From positions 2,738 to 66,737 of the forward strand of contig PKCN01000399.1 of assembly GCA_002862205.1 (NCBI GenBank): a stretch of DNA of 64,000 bases. Direction: 5' to 3'. The notes beneath the pieces were generated by a model that saw only the letters and a list, made by a program, of their open reading frames with translations, was not told the origin of the DNA and did not search any database. The translations under genes and the position numbers were made by a program. This DNA is from Planctomycetaceae bacterium (lineage in GTDB: Bacteria > Planctomycetota > Planctomycetia > Pirellulales > Pirellulaceae). Numbering within the stretch: position 1 is the stretch's first letter; every line of letters starts with the position of its first letter. Shown one piece after another: positions 37,527 through 45,813 of the stretch.

Positions 37527-38945
37527 CTAGATCAGTGGTGCCGCAATCAAATCATATCCATCGGAGGCCACCACTTCACACTTGACCATGGATCCAACAC
37601 CGACACCTTGACTTGGATCCACGCCAGAGACATAGACAATCCCGTCGATATCGGGAGCTTCACCACGTGTGCGACCAATCCAAACACCATCCTGATCCGG
37701 CAGCGCCGCATCAATGATTACATCTTCCACGGTCCCGACTCGACTCTCATTCCATTGGAAAGCAATTTGTTGCTGAATTGCCATGATGGAATCATGCCTG
37801 TTTTGTGCAACTTCGGCAGGAACACGGTTTGGCAACCGGGCCGCCGGTGTGTCCTCTTCGACCGAGTAGGTGAAGACTCCCAGATGTTCAAACTTCTGCT
37901 GTTCAGTGAATTCAGCCAACTGAGCAAAGTCATCTTCTGTTTCACCCGGGAATCCGGTGATCATCGTGGTTCTCATCACCAATCGGTCGATTCGGGACCG
38001 CAACTTTCCAAGAATATCTTCTTGACTGGCACGCGTTGTTTTCCTCGACATTCGCTTCAACATTTTATCGCTTGCGTGCTGCAGTGGCATGTCGATGTAA
38101 GGCAAGATTCTCTGGGCTCCAGCGAGCGTATCAATCAAACGATCGTCGATGTACATCGGATAGAAATACATCAGCCGAATCCAATCAAGCGAGTCGATTT
38201 GATCAAGCTGTTGCAATAACTCGGCGAGCCTTGCCTCGCCGTAAAGATCACGCCCATAGTAGGTCGTATCCTGCGCAACGATCACAACCTCGCGCACGCC
38301 AGCATCACCAAGACGCTTGGCCTCTTCGACGACCTGTTCAATGGGCTTGCTAAAATGCTTGCCGCGCATTTTCGGAATTGCACAAAAAGTGCAGAGTCGG
38401 TCACAGCCTTCACTGACTTTCAGGTAAGCAAAATGCCGAGGCGTCACGGGGCTTCGAACCGCATCAGAAAGCGGGCGTATGGCCGCCGGTCGAAACAATT
38501 TTTGCTGCTCTTCTACCCCGGACTGCAAACGATCAATCACCGAGACGATCTCATTGCGTCCAAACACGCCGATCATTGCGTCAATCTCGGGACGTGCTTC
38601 CAACAGTTTTCCCTGCTGACGCTCAGCCAGGCAACCAGTCACCACGACGTTGCGGATCTTACCTTCACGTTTGAGCGCCAGCATCTCATCAATGGCCCCA
38701 AGCGACTCCTCACGCGCAGAATCGATGAAGCCACAGGTGTTCACAACCACAAAATCGGCATCGTCTACCGTATCCGTCATCTGATACCCGTCTTCATCCA
38801 ACCGGCCGAGCATCTGCTCAGTATCCACCAGATTCTTAGGACATCCCAGACTGACCACCGCATACCGACCACGCTGGCCCTCAGCCTGCTGATCACTGGC
38901 TTGTCGCGATGGTTTCTGCGTGTCGGAAATGATAGGTAGCTGCAT
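37527..38945 (-). CDS. rimO: Ribosomal protein S12 methylthiotransferase RimO
   Basis: 472 aa. The UPF0004 N-terminal domain reads [16 protein letters not shown]. The radical-SAM motif is [13 protein letters not shown]-terminal TRAM domain is present ([10 protein letters not shown]...[16 protein letters not shown]). Confidence 0.92.
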   Translation of the reverse strand: MQLPIISDTQKPSRQASDQQAEGQRGRYAVVSLGCPKNLVDTEQMLGRLDEDGYQMTDTVDDADFVVVNTCGFIDSAREESLGAIDEMLALKREGKIRNVVVTGCLAERQQGKLLEARPEIDAMIGVFGRNEIVSVIDRLQSGVEEQQKLFRPAAIRPLSDAVRSPVTPRHFAYLKVSEGCDRLCTFCAIPKMRGKHFSKPIEQVVEEAKRLGDAGVREVVIVAQDTTYYGRDLYGEARLAELLQQLDQIDSLDWIRLMYFYPMYIDDRLIDTLAGAQRILPYIDMPLQHASDKMLKRMSRKTTRASQEDILGKLRSRIDRLVMRTTMITGFPGETEDDFAQLAEFTEQQKFEHLGVFTYSVEEDTPAARLPNRVPAEVAQNRHDSIMAIQQQIAFQWNESRVGTVEDVIIDAALPDQDGVWIGRTRGEAPDIDGIVYVSGVDPSQGVGVGSMVKCEVVASDGYDLIAAPLI

Positions 38946-39127
38946 GGATACAAATGCGTTGAGAGACGTCTAGTGAAATCTGCCATGATTAGACAGAACG
39001 CCCCGATTTCACGCAAACGGTTCAATCGACTGACTAGCCAAATCCGAGCCTGGAAATCGTAGAAACCGGCGGACAACCAGCCTGATCGACAAAACAACAC
39101 AGGCCACGTTCTTAGAGACCCCCACTT

Positions 39128-39167
39128 CCCTGCCCTCGAGCAACCCCTGCCCTCGAGCAACCCCTGC
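39128..39167. repeat. Perfect 17-nt tandem repeat x2.4 (CCCTGCCCTCGAGCAAC)
   Basis: Read directly, in the gap between the thioredoxin-like gene stop (39390) and the rimO start (38945). Confidence 0.95.
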
Positions 39168-39389
39168 AGGAGCCACAAGCCACCTGCCCATGGCCACGGC
39201 GGCACGGTGAGCATGATTCGGCCGCTCTCGCTTCCTCCCAACCCGCTCTGTCGTCGCAGCCGGCGTTTAACAACCAATTCCGGTGTGATGGTGAATCGCG
39301 GTACCTGCAGGTTGCTGCAACGCATTTTGCAGGCAGCCCTCTCGATGACAGGCCCGCTTAGACAGCTCAGACAGCGAGCAATTGCGCGA

Positions 39390-39962
39390 TCAACTGCCCT
39401 CAACAATGGCTTTCAGAGGTGCATCCATGGATGCCGGATGTCCTATCCACTTCAAAACACCGTCTCTCCCAATGATGAACGCCGTCGGGATCGAGTTCAC
39501 GCCGGCAGCCTGCATGTAGGCTGCAGTGGTAGCACCGTTGTCATCAACCGCCATTCGATACTTGACAACTTCACCCCACGTTTTGCCATCACCCTCCGAC
39601 GAGGCAAGAAACCCTTGCACGGTCGACAACTTCTCTGAGGTGACCCCAAGAATCGTGACCTGATCACCATAAGTCACCTGCAACTCGGATAGATGAGGCA
39701 TGCCCAAGAGACATGGGCCACACCAAGTCGCCCAAAATTCAATCACCTGAACGGAGTTGTCACTTGCTGTGCCAAGCGAACTCCCATGAACCAGTTGCTG
39801 TATTTCTATTGGCGGAGCCTTGTCGCCAACGGCTAAACCACCAACCCCTGTCCGCCCCATCGTTCCGCCGGAAAAACATCCCACCACAGCAATGACCCCC
39901 GCTGCGATTCCCGGAAGTGCCAAGGAATGTACTGATCGTCTGATTGTGTCGTGATTTTGCAT
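39390..39962 (-). CDS. TlpA/ResA-like periplasmic thiol:disulfide oxidoreductase (thioredoxin fold), probable lipoprotein
   Basis: 190 aa. The signal has a lipobox-like AVVGC. The active site is FWATWCGPC, and the redoxin-like C-terminus reads IPTAFIIGRDGV. Confidence 0.85.
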   Translation of the reverse strand: MQNHDTIRRSVHSLALPGIAAGVIAVVGCFSGGTMGRTGVGGLAVGDKAPPIEIQQLVHGSSLGTASDNSVQVIEFWATWCGPCLLGMPHLSELQVTYGDQVTILGVTSEKLSTVQGFLASSEGDGKTWGEVVKYRMAVDDNGATTAAYMQAAGVNSIPTAFIIGRDGVLKWIGHPASMDAPLKAIVEGS

Positions 39963-40021
39963 AACCCGATATCTCTATCTCTGCGAAGTCTTGTAATGGT
40001 TTTGCATCGTCTTGCGACTTT

Positions 40022-40064
40022 GCAACCGTTGTGATTCGAGCAACCGTTTGTGATTCAAGCAACG
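40022..40064. repeat. 18/19-nt tandem repeat x2.3 (GCAACCGTT(T)GTGATTCRA)
   Basis: Read directly, 60 nt upstream of the thioredoxin-like gene start (minus strand). Confidence 0.9.
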
Positions 40065-40277
40065 AAGTGTTGATCTATCCAGCAGCCACTCATGATCCGA
40101 TCTCACAGGGAGCATGAATCAGAACAGAAAAAAGCAATCGCCGCCCAACAACACGGCAAACACGGAAAACCCTGTTTGATGCTGCCCAACGGTACCCTAT
40201 CAGGTCAGCAATCAGCCTGCGAAGATATCCGGAAACAATTACCCTCAAACCCACAAAATCGCGGCAATTACCGGCAC

Positions 40278-40310
40278 AAAAAAACCCAGCGTGCTGGATG
40301 GCACACTGGG
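40278..40310 (-). terminator. Rho-independent terminator of the 40339..41070 gene
   Basis: On the minus strand the sequence is CCCAGUGUGC-CAUCCA-GCACGCUGGG, a 10-bp stem with one G.U pair and a 6-nt loop. It is followed by UUUUUUU (plus-strand A7 at 40278-40284) and lies 29 nt after the stop codon. Confidence 0.75.
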
Positions 40311-40338
40311 CATGATTGTTTCAACGCGAGAGTGAATC

Positions 40339-41070
40339 TCAGCCTTCGAAATCACTGAGTGATTCTTGCGGCTGCCCTGACGTTTTCCCTTTGGTTCTCG
40401 CTCTCTCTTTGGCGAGCCGATCAGCCTCCTTCGCTACTGCCATTGCAGTGCGAAGCTCGAACTGTGAGAACCAGCGGATGTTGCCCAGATACTTGCTTTC
40501 GACTCGATTTTTAGCAGCGAGCTCATTCCAGCTCAAACCATCCATCATGTGCCAAGCAGCAGCTTGTGCTGTGTTTTGAGTGACCTGGCCATAACCAAGT
40601 GCTTCACAGAGGACACGAACGTCAGCTTTCTTGGTGAACTGCTCAATTGGCACCATTTTGTATGCCATTCTCGGATTTGGATCTTTCTTGCCATGCTCGA
40701 GGCAAACCATCTGCACGGTGAGCTTCTGCATCTTCTCGGGAGCGATGCGTTGCAGGCCCATGCCCATGCCGCCGCCACCCATGCCGCCCATGCCACCCAT
40801 CATTCCCTGTGCGAGCACAGGAACGCTTGCAAATGCTTTGGGCAACCGCAGCTCAACTGGCTTGTCGGTCAGGTTTCGGATCAAGACGTTGGCCTTGGTC
40901 GCATTCTGCGGAATGATCTTTACATCAATCTGACCCGCGTCCATTGCCTCAAAGAGACCGGCTTTGATGGCACCTAACTCGCCCTGACGTTCAGCCAGAG
41001 CGACCGCAGGCAAAGCAAGAATGGAAAAGGATACAGCAGAAAGTAAATTGCGACGGGAAAGGATGCTCAC
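40339..41070 (-). CDS. Hypothetical Tat-signal exported protein with internal Gly/Met-rich tract (MMGGMGGMGGGGMGMG)
   Basis: 243-aa ORF with a GTG start at 41070. The twin-arginine-like signal is MSILSRRNLLSAVSFSILALPAVALA. I recognise no known catalytic motif. Its own terminator lies downstream. Confidence 0.65.
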   Translation of the reverse strand: MSILSRRNLLSAVSFSILALPAVALAERQGELGAIKAGLFEAMDAGQIDVKIIPQNATKANVLIRNLTDKPVELRLPKAFASVPVLAQGMMGGMGGMGGGGMGMGLQRIAPEKMQKLTVQMVCLEHGKKDPNPRMAYKMVPIEQFTKKADVRVLCEALGYGQVTQNTAQAAAWHMMDGLSWNELAAKNRVESKYLGNIRWFSQFELRTAMAVAKEADRLAKERARTKGKTSGQPQESLSDFEG

Positions 41071-41580
41071 GTAAACGTTCCTTGAGAAGTGTTCGCCTCG
41101 TTATTCGCGAGATTGTTTGCGAATAACAAATGATTTGGTACCGACTCGGCCATTGGAAACACACACGTCTCCAAGCTCGAATCACAAAACGGATGCGGCG
41201 GGTCCGTTCAGCCTCCAACAGCAGCATCGGCATTACGATTGCCAACAGCGCAACTGTTTCCCCAGGGGCATAACAGACTTCCGTTCACACGATATGATAC
41301 TCGCCGAAAGGCGGCTGACCAAGTAGAAAGCTGATTTGGTGTCAAAGAGTACGCATTTTGGGCAATTTTTGCGGTCTCACTGGGACGATCCCCCTTTTCC
41401 ACCTGCGGAAACTGGCGTGATTGGAACAATCGGCATATTCTACGAGTTGCTCGGCAAGGCCGCGTTGCACGACATTTCAGCGGCACGACGGTCCCAACCC
41501 GGACGTCAAGTGCCGCGCTGACACCGTCAGCGGGCCAACCGAATTTTGCCCGCTTTCCATTCGAAACCACTCGAGTTGTG

Positions 41581-43248
41581 ATGCCACCTCCTTTCTCGCG
41601 ACAGCTTGCCTTCTCCCTCACCCTGACCTTTTTCTCAGTGTTCGGGACACTTCAATTCACGGCAGCCAATCAGCCCCCTGAACCCGCCCCCGGTTTTTCC
41701 AAGCCATCCCCCAACAACGCCAACGCAGATTGTGCTCCTGCACAGTCGGGACCGTATTCTGGTGTTTCCGTAACCGCCAGAAAACCCGAGTCCGTTCCAA
41801 CTCAAATCGCAGCGGCGGGCCCCGCTGTAGCAGTGAAGGCACAAGCGGCATCATCCGTGGAAACCGGGAAGCCCAACGTCCTGTTCATCATGATCGATGA
41901 CTTGCGTCCACAACTGGGCTGCTTTGGAAAGTCATTCATGCACTCCCCCCACATCGATGCATTGGCCAAACGCGGACAACTCTTTGAGCGTGCTTATTGC
42001 ATGGTGCCCACCTGCGGTGCCAGTCGCGCCTCGCTGATGTCGGGTTTAAGACCGCACTCCACGCGTTTCGTTTCGTACACAGCGCGTGCGGACGAGGATG
42101 CCCCGGGCGTTAGCACCATGAACCAACATCTCAAAAACCACGGATACCAGACCATTAGTCTTGGGAAAATTTTTCATTTCCCTGACGACTCTGCCGCCGG
42201 GTGGAGCGAGAAATCATGGCGTCCCAAAACTGCAAGTTACCGTGACCGAAAAGCAGAGCAGCAGGCGATTGCCGAACACAAAAAAAAGTACCCCAAACGT
42301 GCCAAAGTGCGCGGCATGCCGTATGAAGCTTTCGATGCAGAGGATTCTGAATACCGGGATCACCAGACTGCGACGCGAGCCATCAAACACCTCGGTGAAC
42401 TACAACAAGACGGGTCGCCTTTTTTTCTTGCGGTTGGCTTTTTCAAACCACACCTGCCCTTCTGCGCACCGCAGAAATACTGGGATCTCTATGACTTTGC
42501 ATCGATCCAGGTGCCTGACAATTTCCGCAGCCCCCCCAAGGCTCCCAAGGGTGCAGTACACCAGTCTTCGGAACTCCGCAGCTACGCAACCATTCCTCCC
42601 AAAGGTAGCGTTTCGACAGCCCAGGCACGCAAGTTGATTCACGGTTATTACGCCTGCGTCAGCTTCATTGATGCACAGGTTGGTCGCCTGATGACAGCAC
42701 TGCAAGAGACTGGTTTGTCGAACAACACGGTGGTCATCCTGTGCGGTGATCATGGTTGGCAACTGGGCGATCATGGCATGTGGAACAAGCACTCCTGTTT
42801 CGAGACTTCCATGCATACGCCACTGATCGTTTCGATCCCCAATCAGCAGCAGAACACCGTCCAGGGTGGACGCATCGCTGCGTTGACTGAACTGATTGAC
42901 ATCTATCCTTCGGTTTGCGAGCTGACCGGCATTCCCAAGCCTGATCACCTGCAGGGGACCAGCTTCGTTCCACTCTTGAAAAACCCAAACCTGTCTGGAA
43001 AGCCTCAGGCAGTCGGCCGTTACCGGGACGGTGATACCATCCGAACGGATCGATTCAGGCTGAGCGAGTACCGCAAACAACAGGGAGCAAAGCTGATGTT
43101 TGGCAGGATGCTTTACGATCATCGCACCGACCCGGATGAAAACATCAACCTTGCCGACCGCGAGCAACAGCAGAACACGGTCAACACCCTGTCAGAACTG
43201 CTGCAAAATATGATACCGAAGGTCGAAACAAGAAAACCAAACGATTGA
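41581..43248 (+). CDS. Secreted Cys-type sulfatase (iduronate-2-sulfatase-like) with C-x-A-x-R motif
   Basis: ORF 41578..43248 (GTG at 41578, ATG at 41581) with a signal peptide. The sulfatase N-terminus is KPNVLFIMIDDLRP. The FGly motif is CGASRASLMSG (TGC at 42013). Later sulfatase blocks are CGDHGW and GMWNKH. Confidence 0.9.
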   Translation: MPPPFSRQLAFSLTLTFFSVFGTLQFTAANQPPEPAPGFSKPSPNNANADCAPAQSGPYSGVSVTARKPESVPTQIAAAGPAVAVKAQAASSVETGKPNVLFIMIDDLRPQLGCFGKSFMHSPHIDALAKRGQLFERAYCMVPTCGASRASLMSGLRPHSTRFVSYTARADEDAPGVSTMNQHLKNHGYQTISLGKIFHFPDDSAAGWSEKSWRPKTASYRDRKAEQQAIAEHKKKYPKRAKVRGMPYEAFDAEDSEYRDHQTATRAIKHLGELQQDGSPFFLAVGFFKPHLPFCAPQKYWDLYDFASIQVPDNFRSPPKAPKGAVHQSSELRSYATIPPKGSVSTAQARKLIHGYYACVSFIDAQVGRLMTALQETGLSNNTVVILCGDHGWQLGDHGMWNKHSCFETSMHTPLIVSIPNQQQNTVQGGRIAALTELIDIYPSVCELTGIPKPDHLQGTSFVPLLKNPNLSGKPQAVGRYRDGDTIRTDRFRLSEYRKQQGAKLMFGRMLYDHRTDPDENINLADREQQQNTVNTLSELLQNMIPKVETRKPND

Positions 43249-43514
43249 CTGACTGATCACATGCGGAGCCTCCAGCCTCAGAAGTCATCCCGCCACATGG
43301 GGTCTCGCTTCAGCGGTCGTTTGACAACCTGTTGGCGGGAAACCATGACCATCTTGGCTTTCCCCTGCAGCATGCCCCGCTCCGATTTTGTCTATCATCT
43401 AGGCTCAACGCAGAAAATGTCTGTTGGATCCCCGGACCAGCACGTCATTTTCTGCAACAACCCTGCAACGCTTTTTTTACTGTCCTTCCTGTGCTCAAGA
43501 ACGTGTTCAACCCC

Positions 43515-45413
43515 ATGCCCCACTCCACGCCCACGCCGCGACGTGTTCGGATCACATCGACCCGCTATCGCATCATTGCTGTACGTCTGATCCTTCTCAG
43601 CCTGGTCGCTGTCCTGAATGTCGAACTGCTCGCCCAATCGCGCCGTGATCCAATTCGCCTGACACACGGTCCCATGCTTGGGATGTCAACCTCAGACTCG
43701 GTTCGCGTGTGGGGCCGAACCTCCGAACCCGGCCCGTTCTTTGTTCGCTATGGGACGACTGCGGACAATCTGGATCAGCAGAGTCCGCCAAAGCTGACCA
43801 CGATTGAACATGACAACACGGGAATCATTGTTCTCGAAGACCTCAAAGCAGACACCGTTTACCACTATCAACTTTTTGTGAACGATCTTCCCCACGGTTT
43901 GCCGGGACATTTCCGAACCTTGCCCAGTGCTGAAGAATCAAGAAATAAGGACCACAACCCCAAGGGCCTCTTCAACTTCCGCTTTCAAATCGGTTCCTGC
44001 GCCAACCAGAATCCCATGCATGGCGGGGGACATCGCGCAACCACTTACGAACACCTGAACAGCGACTGGGCTGATAAAGTTCATTTCCACATCATGAACG
44101 GCGACTGGTTGTATGAAGAATTGCGTACCCACCCGGTCGAAGCTTGGCGTCTGTCCCTGGGATTATCAGCGCTGCCACTGCCAGTGAAAGTCATGCCAAC
44201 CGTGGTTGGCGTCTGGGAAAATTACAAACTTTACCTCAGTCGGGGTATCGAACTCGCAAAATGGCATCGTAACGTCCCGAGCTATTTCACGTTTGATGAC
44301 CACGAATTGGTCAATGACATTTGGGGAGCTGGTGAGACTGGCAAGCGTCACCGCCGCACCGTGTTTCGAGATATCGGTACCTACGCATGGCATGATTACC
44401 TGGGTTGGGCCAACCCGATGGAACACCAACACCGTATCCATTTTGGCAAAGCAACCATGAAGGCGGGTAACGATATCCTGCACGACCCTGATGCCGATTT
44501 TACGAAGTTGCCTTTGGATGAAATGCTGAATTTGCATGTCCACTGGGGAACACCCGAGGCGGGTGTCAATGACATGAAGTTCGACAATGACGAGGGAAAT
44601 AAAAACTCGTACGTCTACGACATCGTTGAGGTGCTGGACGCCCATCGAATCCGGGTACACATGCCTGCCAAAGTCGATGACGACAATATGAGCTACTCCA
44701 TTGGTCGTCGAAGCTATGGCAAGTTCCGAGTGTCCAATTGTGAGTTTTATCTGATCGATACCCGCGGTGATCGCGACATGCATGATGTACGCAACCGAAG
44801 TAAAAAAGGTGTCTCAATGTTGGGAACACCTCAACGCGAGTGGTTGCTCAAATCCATGAAGAAGAGCGACGCAGATTTTTTCTTTGTGATTTCCACCGTG
44901 CCCTTCATGATCCCCCACAGCGGCGCAGGTGGATTTGAAGCCGATGCCCCCAATAAGGAGGAGGCATGGACCGGATTCTTTGATGAACGCGAAATGCTGA
45001 TCAAAGAATGGGACAAACTTGGCAAGAAAGTATTTGTGATGACTGGCGACCTTCACAACAGCTTCGCAATCAAGGTCACCGACAACATCTGGGAATTCTG
45101 CTGCGGACCACACAATAGTGTCAATCATGTCCCCTTCAATGATGAAAGCGATCGACCGGCAACCGGAAAATTCAAATTCGGACCCCGGGAATGTGATATT
45201 CGATGGAGCAGCTACATCCTTCCAGACCTACCGCGTTTGCAACGTCTCTACCCGCACTTTTGTGTCGTACAAGTCAACAACGTGTTCAATATGCCCAAGA
45301 AACTGGGCGGAAAACGTCTCGTTGCCTATCCCCACCCGCAAGTCATTTTTCAGTACTTCGATGGACGCACCGGAGAACTGGCATATGCAGAATCAGTCAC
45401 CATCGACCACTGA
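43515..45413 (+). CDS. PhoD-like alkaline phosphatase family protein
   Basis: ORF 43332..45413. The ATG at 43515 gives an N-terminal basic region plus TM (RYRIIAVRLILLSLVAVLNV). The PhoD N-domain-like region is THGPMLGMSTSDSVRVWGRTSEPGPFFVRYG. Metallophosphatase-like blocks are GDWLYE, FDDHE and TGDLHNS. Confidence 0.85.
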   Translation: MPHSTPTPRRVRITSTRYRIIAVRLILLSLVAVLNVELLAQSRRDPIRLTHGPMLGMSTSDSVRVWGRTSEPGPFFVRYGTTADNLDQQSPPKLTTIEHDNTGIIVLEDLKADTVYHYQLFVNDLPHGLPGHFRTLPSAEESRNKDHNPKGLFNFRFQIGSCANQNPMHGGGHRATTYEHLNSDWADKVHFHIMNGDWLYEELRTHPVEAWRLSLGLSALPLPVKVMPTVVGVWENYKLYLSRGIELAKWHRNVPSYFTFDDHELVNDIWGAGETGKRHRRTVFRDIGTYAWHDYLGWANPMEHQHRIHFGKATMKAGNDILHDPDADFTKLPLDEMLNLHVHWGTPEAGVNDMKFDNDEGNKNSYVYDIVEVLDAHRIRVHMPAKVDDDNMSYSIGRRSYGKFRVSNCEFYLIDTRGDRDMHDVRNRSKKGVSMLGTPQREWLLKSMKKSDADFFFVISTVPFMIPHSGAGGFEADAPNKEEAWTGFFDEREMLIKEWDKLGKKVFVMTGDLHNSFAIKVTDNIWEFCCGPHNSVNHVPFNDESDRPATGKFKFGPRECDIRWSSYILPDLPRLQRLYPHFCVVQVNNVFNMPKKLGGKRLVAYPHPQVIFQYFDGRTGELAYAESVTIDH

Positions 45414-45566
45414 ACTCGTGGAGGACAGGAGCCCTAACGCCCAGACGTCCACCAGTGTTTCAATGAACTCCGCTGACTTTGCTTTCAAAAGTCCGTGGTG
45501 CAAATGGGATATCACGGATCCATGCGTGCAATCTCATCTGGCAAGCCGTCGGTGAGACCGCCCAGG

Positions 45567-45632
45567 GCAATGCTTTCAAATGCGGCAAGCAATGCTTTCA
45601 AATGCGGCAAGTGGCGTTTTCAAATGCGGCGA
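45567..45632. repeat. 22-nt tandem repeat x3 (GCAATGCTTTCAAATGCGGCAA x2 perfect, third copy degenerate)
   Basis: Read directly, 153 nt after the PhoD-like stop. A partial outlying copy (TGCTTTCAAA) lies at about 45479-45490. Confidence 0.93.
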
Positions 45633-45813
45633 GCGGCGAACTCCGACAAGGGGCTAGGCTCGTGATTTCCACGCAATGGAACGCATGAAGTCGAAGAACC
45701 CCCAAGCCCCCATCAAGGCGATCTACGGTTTGCTCTTCCGTTTTGCCCCCCAAATCTGATAACGAACAGTTTGACTATGGATTTGCACGGTATTACGCAA
45801 AGGAATGCGACCC

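Noticed and set aside
37476-39215. Shared 12-mer ACGGTGAGCATG in two intergenic regions (37476-37487 and 39204-39215).
   Set aside because: Exact 12-mer sharing between two sites of a 64-kb window is expected by chance roughly a hundred times. There is no extended similarity around the matches.
38777-39406. 209-aa minus-strand ORF covering the rimO 5' end, the intergenic gap and the 17-nt array.
   Set aside because: It overlaps rimO and the thioredoxin-like gene. Its sequence is Trp/Arg/Leu-rich nonsense that partly derives from the tandem repeat (LLQGLLEGRG...).
41100-41127. 9-bp inverted repeat gttattcgc-N10-gcgaataac, located 30 nt upstream of the GTG start of the Gly/Met-tract protein. 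Also noted: a 10-bp palindrome TTTGTACAAA at 34835-34844 in the AraC/DUF1501 divergent gap.
   Set aside because: Stems or palindromes of this size are expected several to dozens of times by chance in 64 kb on two strands. Without conservation data they cannot be called operators.
42400-43167. Long antisense or alternative-frame ORFs inside confident genes. Examples: 42400..43167(-), 7024..7635(-), 44166..44783(-), 2378..2893(-), 37608..38219(+), 38355..38939(+), 55857..56420(+), 46058..46990(+), 28873..29373(+).
   Set aside because: These are typical shadow ORFs of mid/high-GC coding DNA. Their translations are Arg/Ser/Pro-rich or low complexity with no motifs, and each lies wholly within a gene that has strong family signatures.
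45771-45796. Promoter-like TTGACT ... TATTAC upstream of the DUF11 gene.
   Set aside because: The spacer is only 14 nt, outside the 16-19-nt range of sigma70-type promoters.
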